A stretch of 64,000 bases of DNA from a virus. The notes beneath the pieces were generated by a model that worked only from the letters and a program-made list of their open reading frames with translations, did no database searches and was not told the origin of the DNA. Made by a program: the position numbers and the translations under genes. The DNA is taken from the IMG/VR virus record IMGVR_UViG_3300045988_141143. One strand, given 5' to 3'. This document shows, in pieces, positions 18,885-28,522 of this stretch; position 1 is the stretch's first letter; every line of letters starts with the position of its first letter.

Positions 18885-19961
18885 TTAGACTCCCGCTTCG
18901 GCGATGGTCTTTGTAAGGATGGCCTCGTAGCCAGTGAGTTCGTCTTCGGTTACGATGTCGGCATACTCCTGGCGCAAACGGTCGATACGCTCCTTCAGTC
19001 CCTTAACCCTTGCCTTGGTACTTGGCTTGTCCTTGCGGATAATATACTTGATGATGGCATCAGCTTCGGCCTTGTGCTTGGCTGCCTTGTCGCGTGCGGC
19101 TTTCACCTCGGGGCGGTCGGCTGCGATTTTCTCTGCTATGCTGACAGCAAAGCGAGGATCACGCTCTTGGGCTTTCTCATAGAAGGGCTTGAGCTGAGTA
19201 CGCAGTTCCTGTGGCGACAAACTGAAAGTCTTTTCCACATAAGAGATAAATTCAGGATCGCCGTTGCGCTGATTCAATCGGAGATAGACTTCACCCATTT
19301 CACGGTCCACTGCCATGTAGATGTCGGGCAGGATGTGGCTCTCTATCTCTGTCGCACGGGTGGCGAGCAGCGCTATCTCGGCTTCAGTGTAGAGGATGCC
19401 CTTGTTCTGCTGTTGCGATTTCTCGTTGGCTTCTGCCATTGTCTTGGCTTGCTCGGCCTTGCTCGCCATTTCGTTGCGGAGGTCGCGCACGGTATTGACG
19501 CGCTGTTGAAGGGCGGGACTGAGGAAGGGACGTATCTGTGCGAGGTTGGGCATGGTGGCGGCGATGCTCTCGCCGTTGGGGTTGGCCACGATGCCGCCAT
19601 AGGTGAGTAGCTGTACGGCTACGTTGGGCTTCACCTCGGGGAAGAGCGACTGGCGGGCTTCGTCGAGGGCTTTCTGCTTCTGCTGTTCGTTGTATCGTGC
19701 CTGTTCCTCCTTGGTGGGTCTGCCCACGTGGCGCTTGGCTTCGGCAGCCTCGGGGATGGGGATAATCTGCAGGCTGGTGATCAACTGACGCACACGGCGG
19801 TGGTAGTCGCGAAAACGATGCGAGTCGCGCACGAAAGCCTGTGCGCTGGGCACGCTTTCGAGCAGTGTCAGTCCCTGCTCGAAGGCTTCTTTCTGTTCGG
19901 CAGTCAGCATTCGGGTGTTGAGTGCCGGCGTGAGTATCTGAATGATTTGCTCTTTGTTCAT
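18885..19961 (-). CDS. Hypothetical (structural module)
   Basis: 358 aa, alpha-helical and charged. Confidence 0.35.
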   Translation of the reverse strand: MNKEQIIQILTPALNTRMLTAEQKEAFEQGLTLLESVPSAQAFVRDSHRFRDYHRRVRQLITSLQIIPIPEAAEAKRHVGRPTKEEQARYNEQQKQKALDEARQSLFPEVKPNVAVQLLTYGGIVANPNGESIAATMPNLAQIRPFLSPALQQRVNTVRDLRNEMASKAEQAKTMAEANEKSQQQNKGILYTEAEIALLATRATEIESHILPDIYMAVDREMGEVYLRLNQRNGDPEFISYVEKTFSLSPQELRTQLKPFYEKAQERDPRFAVSIAEKIAADRPEVKAARDKAAKHKAEADAIIKYIIRKDKPSTKARVKGLKERIDRLRQEYADIVTEDELTGYEAILTKTIAEAGV

Positions 19962-19991
19962 ATTGTTGTGTCTTTTATTGTTGTCGGGGTT

Positions 19992-21101
19992 TTAGAACAT
20001 GAGTGGTGTGACGAATATCTTGCCGCCCTCCTGGTTATTCTCGTAGCTGCCGGATTTGTCTGCAGCGGATGATGAGGAAGCGGAGGACGTGGTGGAAGTG
20101 GAGGAGGAAGCGTTGCCTGCGGCGGCTTCCTGAGCCTGCTTCTCGTCCTTGAGGAGGCGATAGACGGAATCGCGGAGCGAGATGGACTCGTTGTGCGCCA
20201 GCAGACGGGTAGCCTTGTCGAAGGCGATGACGGTGGTTCGCTCCACGAGGTAGGCGGTCATCAGTCGGCGCACCTTGCGGAGGAGTTTGTCGCGGTCGTC
20301 AGCGTGCTGAAGACGGTCGATGAGCTCGTCGCCGAATACGTCGGCTATGTATTCGTCCTGCACGTAGCGGAGGTCGGGCAGCAAACGGATGAACTTGTCG
20401 CGGTTGTCGTAAATGTCGAGGTACTGCTGAAGGATGCTGCACGTAGGGATGAGGAGGTCGTGGTGCAGGTAGTAGTACTTACTCTCCTGCCACAACAGCA
20501 CTATTTCCTCGATAGCTGCGAGGCGCTCGGTACTTTCGTCCTGTGGTATGTCGGATTTTCCGTCGTCAGGTACTTCTGTACTTTCGCCCTTTGGTACTTC
20601 GGTACTTGCGCTGCCGTCTTTCGGGGCGGCTGTTTCGGCTGGCGTGTTGATGCTGACTGCCCAGTTTTCGAGAAGTATGAGGAGGTTGTTGAGTGACACC
20701 ATGGCCTCCTTTTTATATCCCGCAACTCCCTTGTCGAGGAGTTTCTCTGTAGCGGGGTCGTAGTCGGTAGAGGAGGCGATGTTGACGCCTGCGCCGTTAA
20801 CCGAAAGGATTTGCTGGTAGGCGTATCGCGCCATGGCATCGTTGACCACCATACGCTGTGCGAGGACGAGGAGGACGCTCCATGGCTTCATGACATAGGT
20901 GCCGTCGGTCATCTGCTGATAGAAGCCGTCGCCGCCCAGGGTGGTATAGTATTCGCAAAGCCGTGTGTAGAGCGGCTTGCCCAATTTGTCCTGCAGGAAG
21001 TCCTTCTCGCTGTTGTCGAGCACGCCCTGCAGGTTGGCTATCTCGTCCACGGCATTGCTGGGCAGGATAAGCCGAAGTTCTTGATTGGTGGAAAGTATCA
21101 T
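19992..21101 (-). CDS. Hypothetical (structural module)
   Basis: 369 aa. C-terminal Ser/Thr/Ala-rich low complexity. Confidence 0.35.
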   Translation of the reverse strand: MILSTNQELRLILPSNAVDEIANLQGVLDNSEKDFLQDKLGKPLYTRLCEYYTTLGGDGFYQQMTDGTYVMKPWSVLLVLAQRMVVNDAMARYAYQQILSVNGAGVNIASSTDYDPATEKLLDKGVAGYKKEAMVSLNNLLILLENWAVSINTPAETAAPKDGSASTEVPKGESTEVPDDGKSDIPQDESTERLAAIEEIVLLWQESKYYYLHHDLLIPTCSILQQYLDIYDNRDKFIRLLPDLRYVQDEYIADVFGDELIDRLQHADDRDKLLRKVRRLMTAYLVERTTVIAFDKATRLLAHNESISLRDSVYRLLKDEKQAQEAAAGNASSSTSTTSSASSSSAADKSGSYENNQEGGKIFVTPLMF

Positions 21102-21173
21102 GATGTGTTGTGCTGTTATGTGCTGAGTGAAAAAAATGTTGTTGTCGGGACGGAAGTCAGGGAGGGGGGAGGG

Positions 21174-22967
21174 TTACTCCTGTTCCTGCTTCTTGACGCC
21201 TGTCTTCGAGTTGTCGAGGGTGGTGAGCACCTCACGGTCTATCTGCCATTCGAGGTGTGTGTCCCATTCATTGACATCGTCGATTACCTCCAAGGCGCGG
21301 AGCATGAGCTGCTGCAATGGGGCAAACTGTATCTGCTTGACGAGGAAACGCTCACGGAGGTCGGTGCCGCCCGATGAGGTTGCGTCGCCAGGGGTGTTGC
21401 CGATGAGCTTGGAGTCGAGACCCATGGCGAAGAAGATGATGCTCGTAATCTCCTGCAGCTCGGTCTTCTCGGCTTGCGCTTGCGAGTTGGCCTTGCTCTC
21501 TATCTCCACAATCTCCCATGCCTTGTGCTCCTTGCCGTCGGCGCCGGTGAACACGGCAGAGATGAGCGCCTGACCTGCATTGTCGGGATTGGAGAGCCAC
21601 GTGTTGATGTCGCTGAACACTTCCTGCTGAAGCTGCGCCATGGTCTTGGTCTTCTTGTCGCCCTGCTGGGTGTAGAGGTTCTTGAGATATTCCTGGTGAA
21701 TGTAGATGACGCGACCGATGATGTTGGAGTTGCGCTTACGGGTGAGTCGGTCGTCGACAATGGTGAAGGCATACTCGTAGATGCTTCCGGCAAAGATGGA
21801 ATGCCAGAGGGCATCGGCATAGTAGGGACCGCCATAGTCGCGTGGCGACATGATGAAGCGGGTGGGGCGGTCCTTGCGGCTTACCCGCTGCTGACGGGCA
21901 CGGCGCACGGCTGCCTGGAGGTCTTTCACTGCCGACACGGTGGGAAGATAGGGCACGGCGGCGATGCTCTTGTCGAGGTCGGCGAACTGGGCGGTGCGGT
22001 CTTGCGTGGGGTCGAGCCACTGGTTCGACACGTAGGCATAATTGATGCGATAGTTGGTGTCCTGTCGCTCCAGTCGGGTGGTGAAGATGCTGCGGTGTTT
22101 CAGTCCTACGACCTTGGGGGTCCACTGGCTGGTGGGTACCGGCTTGCCATCGTCGGAGAGTTGCCGCTGGTTGAGTTGCAGCTCGACGAAGCACTGCGAC
22201 ATGAGCGACATGTCGCCCGCCATGTTGAGGAAGGTCTGCATCAGGTCGTTGTCCTTCATGAATTTCTGCACCTCGCGGTTGGTCTGTTCCCACTTGGCGA
22301 GGGCATCCTTCAGTGCTTTCATCTCATCGCTGTCCTTTGGCTGGCCTTCGGTCTGCTGACTGACGGAATGCAGAGGGTCGTCGGGGTCGCCGCTGACGCC
22401 GTTCTGTTGTTGTGCCTGACGTTCTGCTGCCTCCTGTGCCTTGAGGTCGGCTATCTGTCCGCGGAGCAGTGTGCCAGCCGATGCGTAGGGGATGTATTTC
22501 TCGGTGATGTTGCCGCCTACGTACTGGGTGTAGTGGTATTTGGGCGAGGGTCCGTGGCCTACGAGTATCTTCTTGATGAAGTCGACGCCGGCAGCGGTGA
22601 AGGGCGACATCCGTGAGAGAATCCAGACGAGGTTGGGCAGTCGGTTGCCCACGCCCCATTCCATGTAGCCCAGTCCGGGTGTTCCCACGCCGTTGGGCTT
22701 GGCCTTGTTCTCGCCGCCGCTGGAGGCGAAGATGGTGGAAATCTGTCGTCGTGCTCCCGATGAGGTAGTCGAGCTGCCCTGCGCTGTCATGCCGGCTGTC
22801 TCGAAGAGCATGGAGCGGACGTAATCGTTCCATGAGAAGACTTGTGCGCCGCTGTTGGGATTGATGAAAGCAGAGGGCGACACGGCCACATATCCATCGC
22901 GCTTCAGCTCCTCACTACGATCTTGGAACTGCTGTAAGTTGGTAACTCTGTTCTTGTTGCGTGACAT
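21174..22967 (-). CDS. Large virion protein, portal candidate
   Basis: 597 aa. Size and position (first gene after a strong promoter cassette) are compatible with a portal protein, but no diagnostic motif was recognised. Confidence 0.3.
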   Translation of the reverse strand: MSRNKNRVTNLQQFQDRSEELKRDGYVAVSPSAFINPNSGAQVFSWNDYVRSMLFETAGMTAQGSSTTSSGARRQISTIFASSGGENKAKPNGVGTPGLGYMEWGVGNRLPNLVWILSRMSPFTAAGVDFIKKILVGHGPSPKYHYTQYVGGNITEKYIPYASAGTLLRGQIADLKAQEAAERQAQQQNGVSGDPDDPLHSVSQQTEGQPKDSDEMKALKDALAKWEQTNREVQKFMKDNDLMQTFLNMAGDMSLMSQCFVELQLNQRQLSDDGKPVPTSQWTPKVVGLKHRSIFTTRLERQDTNYRINYAYVSNQWLDPTQDRTAQFADLDKSIAAVPYLPTVSAVKDLQAAVRRARQQRVSRKDRPTRFIMSPRDYGGPYYADALWHSIFAGSIYEYAFTIVDDRLTRKRNSNIIGRVIYIHQEYLKNLYTQQGDKKTKTMAQLQQEVFSDINTWLSNPDNAGQALISAVFTGADGKEHKAWEIVEIESKANSQAQAEKTELQEITSIIFFAMGLDSKLIGNTPGDATSSGGTDLRERFLVKQIQFAPLQQLMLRALEVIDDVNEWDTHLEWQIDREVLTTLDNSKTGVKKQEQE

Positions 22968-23007
22968 ATTCTGTTATCCTGTTTTTAGGGGTTGATGTAT
23001 GTTGTTG

Positions 23008-23031
23008 TTGCTTTTTTCGACTACAAATGTA
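23008..23031 (-). promoter_or_regulatory. Bacteroidetes-type promoter element (-7 TAnnTTTG) upstream of the 597-aa gene
   Basis: The minus strand reads TACATTTGTAGTCGAAAAAAGCAA. The identical 24-mer recurs at 24969-24992. Confidence 0.45.
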
Positions 23032-23326
23032 CTAAGAATTGTCTTAGTGGTACGGACATGAGTCAGAACTGCGAGAGCTGCACGGTGCGGTTGCCTCATT
23101 CGGCGCACCGCGTATGAGCGAAAAAACTGCGGTCCCGTCGGTTCTCCCTTCCCTTTTCCGTCCACTTCATAGAATTGGAAAGTTCGAGAGTGTTGGTAGT
23201 CTTCGGGAATGAAGCCGTGCGAGCCGCAGTTAATCTAACAATATGTTTCACGTTTTTGCATTATGGCCTATATTATGTTGTTGTCGGGGTGTTGTGTTGC
23301 GTCCGCCTACATATCGTAGTCGTACA

Positions 23327-24145
23327 TTATCGTTTGATATTCCACATGTGCTCTGCCGGACCAACGAGCACGTCGATGTTTGCGCCCTGCTTCAGGGCCA
23401 CCGTCTCCACCCATTTAAGTTGAATAAACTGCTGTGGGTTAAGATTCATCTCGTTCATATACGCCTTGTCTGCCACAGCCTTTTGGCGTTCAGCCTTCTC
23501 GCGTGCCAACTGCACCTCATATTCACGTTCCTGCGTCTGCTTGGCCTGTACCATCTTTGCCGTGCGGTTCATTTCGGCAAGCTGTTCCTTGTTTGGGGTT
23601 GCCTTGCCGATGATAACGTCCTTGATGATGACGGGCATCGGCTTGTGCTTTGAGAGGGCAGCCACGTAATCCTGCATCTGCTTCAGAATCTTCTTGTCGA
23701 TGGTGCTCAATACCTGTCGGTTAGACATCAAATCGAATGGACTGTACTGCGAGATATGGTCTCTGATAAGATTGCAGAAATAGTTGTAGAGGTTGGTGTC
23801 AAACCAGTCGCGTCCATAGTTCTGCAACAGTATGGGAGACTTGCCTTGCTCCACCTGAGTGACTATGACAGAATGGAAGTCGAGTGGCGTGTTATCGTCG
23901 GAGAAGATGTCGTCAAGAACAACCTCGTGGCGTACAGGCACAATCTTGAATGTTTCAGAATGAGTACTCAGGGCACACCATGTCAAGCCACTCTGAACTG
24001 GGTCGTTGTCAACACCTCCGTGTCCGAAGAACCATGGTTTCTTTACCAACACGGTTTCCTCGTCAGCATCGGGCGACACAAAACAGCACGAGGATAACAT
24101 CACTACTGCGATAAGCGCAAAAAGAATTGAAAATAATTTTTTCAT
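23327..24145 (-). CDS. SPFH/band-7 domain lipoprotein
   Basis: Lipoprotein signal MKKLFSILFALIAVVMLSSC. SPFH-like core with a C-terminal coiled coil QAKQTQEREYEVQLAREKAERQKAVADKA. Start chosen at Met83 of the track ORF. Confidence 0.6.
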   Translation of the reverse strand: MKKLFSILFALIAVVMLSSCCFVSPDADEETVLVKKPWFFGHGGVDNDPVQSGLTWCALSTHSETFKIVPVRHEVVLDDIFSDDNTPLDFHSVIVTQVEQGKSPILLQNYGRDWFDTNLYNYFCNLIRDHISQYSPFDLMSNRQVLSTIDKKILKQMQDYVAALSKHKPMPVIIKDVIIGKATPNKEQLAEMNRTAKMVQAKQTQEREYEVQLAREKAERQKAVADKAYMNEMNLNPQQFIQLKWVETVALKQGANIDVLVGPAEHMWNIKR

Positions 24146-24287
24146 AATTGTTTTTTGTTTATATTGATTCATTAAAATCCTTATATATGACAATCGTACA
24201 TTGTCAATAGAGTGTCTGTAGGTATTCCAGTTCTTTCCAATTCTTTCAAAACTGGAAAGAACGGGAATGGCTATACACCCGCTGCCT

Positions 24288-24839
24288 TTACGACTCAATC
24301 TCGGGAGGGTTGCCACCAGGTTTCTGCTCGCCGCCTCCAGTGGTGCCGGAATCGCCCGTGCCGGGAGTTGCTGGAGCATCCGTTGCAGCATCGCCCACTC
24401 GCTTGAACGAGCCGTGCTGTGCGAAGGCGGCGGTGAACTTCTTGGAGAAGTCGATGGCTACGCCTGCGGTGAGGTCCTTTGTGGTGAGGTCGGCGGCGGT
24501 AATCTCTCGGTTCACGTCAACGTCCTCGCCTGCTGCCTTACGTGCTTCGAGCTTCGCCTTGAGCTGGCTCTGAGTGAGCGAACCGCTGACGGTAGGACGT
24601 ACCGTCATGCCCTCGGCAGACACCTGTACCTTGGTGCCCAGTGCCAACAGAAGCGGCAGCTTTTTCTCCAACTGCGTCATCACGGCCATTACGTCCGCTG
24701 CGCCTACTGTAGAGTCCTGCGCCATGTAGTCGCAAAATTCAGGGAATGACATCTGCTGCAAGTCAACGATCTGTGCGCTTGCAACCTTTTCTTTCGTGAA
24801 ATTATTCACACGAACTGCAATTCTTGTTTTGATTGCCAT
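24288..24839 (-). CDS. HU-family (Bacteroidetes-type) DNA-binding protein
   Basis: MAIKTRIAVRVNN...AQIVDLQQMSFPEFCDYMAQDSTVGAADVMAVMTQLEKKL fits the Bacteroidales HU-like N-terminal pattern. Gly-rich acidic tail. Confidence 0.55.
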   Translation of the reverse strand: MAIKTRIAVRVNNFTKEKVASAQIVDLQQMSFPEFCDYMAQDSTVGAADVMAVMTQLEKKLPLLLALGTKVQVSAEGMTVRPTVSGSLTQSQLKAKLEARKAAGEDVDVNREITAADLTTKDLTAGVAIDFSKKFTAAFAQHGSFKRVGDAATDAPATPGTGDSGTTGGGEQKPGGNPPEIES

Positions 24840-24910
24840 AGGTTATTTTTTGTTTGGGCGTTAATACTTCCCTCTCTGTTTTTACCCGATTCCACAAAGA
24901 GGTTTTTTGC

Positions 24911-24992
24911 AATGTGCCGACACTTTTTATCGAATGTGCCGACACTTTTTGTCAAATGTGCCGACACATTGCTTTTTTCGACTACAAATGTA
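24911..24992 (-). promoter_or_regulatory. Promoter (-7 TACATTTG) plus three 16-bp dyads AATGTGCCGACAC(A/T)TT at 22-bp spacing
   Basis: Dyad starts at 24911, 24933 and 24955. GTG-N4-CAC architecture between the -7 element and the HU-like gene. Confidence 0.5.
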
Positions 24993-25024
24993 GGGAGAAA
25001 ATTTTGAGCGGTGCGGACATAAAT

Positions 25025-25795
25025 TCAGAACAGCGTGAGCTGTGCTTGCTCCAACTTGATGCGCTTGCAAGCCTTGTCGTAATACTCCTTGTTGAGCTCA
25101 AAGCCGATGAAGTTGCGCTTCTCTTTTATACAAGCAATGGCGGTGGTGCCGCTGCCCATGCAGTTGTCTAATATGGTGTCGCCCTCGTTGGAGTAAGTAC
25201 GGATGAGGTACTGGATGAGAGCGACAGGCTTTTGAGTGGGGTGGAAGCTGTTGTGAATATCCCTCTGAAATAAGACAATATCGGTTGGATATTTTTCGTC
25301 GGTTATCATATCCTTCACTTTGCCATAATTTCCGTAACATCTGTTGGTTTGCTCTTTCTCTTGCTTTCCTCTGCTGTGATTGCGTTCATGTGGAAGACAT
25401 TTGCGCATTTGTGGATGATAGGTTGGCTGTCCGTCGTAGAAAACGGAAATCATCTCCGTTTGCTTTAGAGGCATCTTCTTTGTGTTCAAAAAGCCAGTTG
25501 TACGGCATTTATCCCACGTGATATTATAGCGCCACATCTTTTCATTGCTCATCATCAGTTTTGCCGTGAACATACCCTGTCCGAACAATATTATAGCCGC
25601 ATTGGGCTTACTGATACGAAGATATTGCTTCCATAAAGAATCAAGTGGAATAATACTATCCCATCCTCCTCCTTCGCTCTGCTTATTGAGGACACCATAC
25701 GGCAAATCGCACACAATGCAATCCACGCTTCCGTCTGGAATCCTTTTCATTCCTTCGAGGCAGTCTTCATTATATATTTTGTTCAGTTCTATCAT
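25025..25795 (-). CDS. DNA methyltransferase (beta-class N6A/N4C)
   Basis: Motif IV VCDLPYG precedes motif I DNCMGSGTT. N-terminal IYNEDCLEGMKRIPDGSVDCIV. Confidence 0.8.
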   Translation of the reverse strand: MIELNKIYNEDCLEGMKRIPDGSVDCIVCDLPYGVLNKQSEGGGWDSIIPLDSLWKQYLRISKPNAAIILFGQGMFTAKLMMSNEKMWRYNITWDKCRTTGFLNTKKMPLKQTEMISVFYDGQPTYHPQMRKCLPHERNHSRGKQEKEQTNRCYGNYGKVKDMITDEKYPTDIVLFQRDIHNSFHPTQKPVALIQYLIRTYSNEGDTILDNCMGSGTTAIACIKEKRNFIGFELNKEYYDKACKRIKLEQAQLTLF

Positions 25796-25802
25796 TGTCT
25801 TT

Positions 25803-26837
25803 TTACTTTTTCCTTATCTTTTCCATTTCCTCATTCTCCACCGTCAGGCGTTCCAGGTGCTCCAGCACGAGGGAATAGCTTTGGTTGTTCACCTGGTCCT
25901 CCGTCAGTCCGGCATACTTCTGCATGGTGGCGGTGGTGGCAGTGTAAATCTCCAAGGGCGTGGTGGGCTTCTGCGACTTGAGGGGCTGCACCTTGAACAC
26001 ATGACGATAACGATGAGCGAGGGTGTGCATCACGCCCGTCCACCAAAAGAGTATCACCTGCCATGCCGTTTCGGGAAAATCGCGGAAATAGGACTGGTTC
26101 GTCTCCCACTGGTTCAACTCGTAGTGGAAGTCGTGCTTCACCATGCCCGTGTTACTGTCCACATAGTCGGTCGTGCCGTTGAAGATGGTGGCGAGAAACA
26201 TCGTCCGGGCAGAACTCACGTTCTCCATCTGCCGCTGCATCTGCTCGTCGGTGAAAGTGCCGCGCTGCTGCATCTTCAAGAGGCTGTTGCTAAGTCGGGT
26301 GTAGGTCTGCATCATGTCGGAGGCGAAGCGATACTGCGCCCACGAGAATCCGTCGAGGTCGTTGGCAGGACCGCTGAACACCTTCTTGCGTCGCCACCAC
26401 GCGCGGCGTCGCCGGATGACAGGGTAGGGAAAACGGGTGAGGAAAGCACCGTTCTCGTTATCAAGCCAGTCGAGCAAGCCTGCTCCCTGAGCGATATACT
26501 CTGCCGACTTTCGGGCGTCGGTCTTTGCCTTGGGCGTCAGCCAATAGTTGATTTGCCACAGATACAGCGGAAAGGTGCCGCTGTCCTCGTCGTCCTGCAT
26601 ACGGCAGAGGTAATACTGCTCGCTGAGGTCGAGGCGAGTGTCGGGCGCTGCCACTATCTCCAAGCCCGACAGGGCAAAGAAGATCGCCACCTTCACATTG
26701 CGCATGTCGAAGGGGTGGTATCTGTCCTGCCGTTCCACCTGCTCACGTATCACGTCGGCTATCAGCTCCAACTGTTTCGTAGAGCAGAGGTTCCAGTGGC
26801 GGGGAAGATGTAAGTCTATTTTTTTTGGATTGTTCAT
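25803..26837 (-). CDS. Hypothetical protein
   Basis: 344 aa with an RRRRAWWRRKK basic patch. No recognisable family. Confidence 0.4.
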   Translation of the reverse strand: MNNPKKIDLHLPRHWNLCSTKQLELIADVIREQVERQDRYHPFDMRNVKVAIFFALSGLEIVAAPDTRLDLSEQYYLCRMQDDEDSGTFPLYLWQINYWLTPKAKTDARKSAEYIAQGAGLLDWLDNENGAFLTRFPYPVIRRRRAWWRRKKVFSGPANDLDGFSWAQYRFASDMMQTYTRLSNSLLKMQQRGTFTDEQMQRQMENVSSARTMFLATIFNGTTDYVDSNTGMVKHDFHYELNQWETNQSYFRDFPETAWQVILFWWTGVMHTLAHRYRHVFKVQPLKSQKPTTPLEIYTATTATMQKYAGLTEDQVNNQSYSLVLEHLERLTVENEEMEKIRKK

Positions 26838-26993
26838 TTTTACAGAATCCTAAGTTTTTATCCCAAAAATGCCAAAATTGGATTATTTTAGTCCAGAAAA
26901 ATCCAAAAATGGACGAATTTAATCCCAAAAATCCAAAAGCTGGACCAGATTTATCCAGAAAAATCCAAAAATGGATGGGAAAGTTATCAAAAA

Positions 26994-27548
26994 CTACCAG
27001 GTGATTTCCATTCCTCGGTTGTCGACGAGCGAGCCGTATCGGATGCCGTCGAGTCGACGAAGCCATCCGTCGAGGAACCGCCTCTGCGAAGGTTTGCTCT
27101 TCACCAACCGCTCATAGTACAACTTGCGGCGAGCCTTGAGGCGCGAGAAGAAAGTTTCGGGGTTCTGTCGGTTCAGGGCGGCGAGGGTGTTCTTGCCCAT
27201 GATGCCGTCGGCTTTCACACCCAGTAAGGCTTGGGTGAGGGTGACGGCAGGCGTACCGCTGATCCACAGCCAGTCCACAAGTAGGTTGGCGATGCTCTGG
27301 TCTTTGATTTCATCGGCACGGCATCGGCGCCAGTAGCATCGGCGCAGGATTTCCGTAGCATCAGTATCTGAGATAAGTCGGAGGTCGCGCACGTCTATCC
27401 GTCCGTCGCCGTTCTTGTCGTACCCCTGCTGCCGCCATGTGCCGATGGTCACGCCCTTGTTTGTAGCACCGCCACGGTCTTTCGGGTCGTTCACGAAACC
27501 GCCCTCAAACGAGAGAATGAATTTAGCTAAAGGTTCAATCTTTACCAT
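26994..27548 (-). CDS. Endolysin, GH108-type lysozyme with a peptidoglycan-binding C-terminal region
   Basis: N-terminal FEGGFVNDPKDRGGATNKGVT is the GH108 signature. C-terminal LRRLDGIRYGSL. Contains an insert DKNGDGRIDVRDL that looks like an EF-hand or dockerin calcium-binding loop. Confidence 0.7.
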   Translation of the reverse strand: MVKIEPLAKFILSFEGGFVNDPKDRGGATNKGVTIGTWRQQGYDKNGDGRIDVRDLRLISDTDATEILRRCYWRRCRADEIKDQSIANLLVDWLWISGTPAVTLTQALLGVKADGIMGKNTLAALNRQNPETFFSRLKARRKLYYERLVKSKPSQRRFLDGWLRRLDGIRYGSLVDNRGMEITW

Positions 27549-27847
27549 AGTTTATCGTTTTCTTGTTCTGTTATGTATAAATGTAGGGCAAAGATACAAA
27601 AAAGTCATCCATCGTGCGGGACAAAAATATCCCAGATACTTTGCATGGCAGACTGCGCACCGTGGTCGGCGCAGCCGGAAAACAATGGAAGCCGCAATGC
27701 TGCACTCTTCGTGGAGCAAAGCGGCTTCTGAAACGAAATATTATCCTGAAAAGGAAAGATTACCATTTTGCTGACGCCAGCAAAATGATATTCGGCTCTT
27801 TTTACCTTTTTACTTTTTTGTCTTAGAAATCAGCAAGAAAGCTCTTT

Positions 27848-28375
27848 TTACCTTTTTACCTTTTTACTTTTCAAACATGGCCTCATGTATTCCCATATTT
27901 TCGTACAGTCGAGTACATCTGTGTCCTTCCAGTCGGCATCACAGAAGTAGAACAAGTATGCGGCCTTGATAATCTCCTCTTCGCTCATCTCGGCGCAGAG
28001 GTCAGCATACATGGCATTGAAGGCTACATACTTGTCCCAACAATTCACCTTGCTTGGGAAGTCGAAGTCCTTGGTGGCTTGCTCAATCTCCGATTTAGTC
28101 CAGTGAGCGCCCCTGCCCATAGGCACACCCTCATCGTCCAACTTGCTGTAGAGAAGTCGGTCGACATCATGATGGGCAAACATCTCGCTGTAGTGGCGGT
28201 CGTAGAGCACGGCATGCTGGTGACGGATAATCTTCCAGTAAAGTTCAGGATTCTCATTCTCCACCTTCATCAGGTCGCACGACAACTGCTCCAAGGCAGC
28301 ATTGAGTTTTTTGTCTGTCATCTGTCCGTCAACACGGGCCTGGTTGATTAATTGATTGTACTTCATGATTTTCAT
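27848..28375 (-). CDS. Hypothetical protein (lysis cluster)
   Basis: 175 aa. Ends KSKKVKR*, the same tail as the ORF at 37100-38077. Confidence 0.4.
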   Translation of the reverse strand: MKIMKYNQLINQARVDGQMTDKKLNAALEQLSCDLMKVENENPELYWKIIRHQHAVLYDRHYSEMFAHHDVDRLLYSKLDDEGVPMGRGAHWTKSEIEQATKDFDFPSKVNCWDKYVAFNAMYADLCAEMSEEEIIKAAYLFYFCDADWKDTDVLDCTKIWEYMRPCLKSKKVKR

Positions 28376-28522
28376 TTATTTTTTTAAGAATTAATGGTCT
28401 AACAATTGGGGCAAGCGCCACGGAAATGTGGAATGACGGGAAGCGCCGTCGCCTGTCCCGAATCGGGAAGAAAGAAAGAAACTTGCTCTAACTTTCTTTC
28501 TTTCTTATTTTCTCTTAGGTCA

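Noticed and set aside
21474-22616. Plus-strand 380-aa ORF and several His/Arg-rich minus ORFs inside the 597-aa gene
   Set aside because: Low-complexity products from alternative frames of a GC-skewed gene. Only the 597-aa frame has balanced composition.
24911-24970. Possible CRISPR-like array, suggested by the regular direct repeats
   Set aside because: There are only three 16-bp units with 6-bp gaps. No spacers of CRISPR length and no cas genes are present. The units are dyad operators.
25545-26813. Plus-strand 422-aa ORF
   Set aside because: It is antisense to the methyltransferase gene and the 344-aa minus gene. The product is Leu/His-rich.
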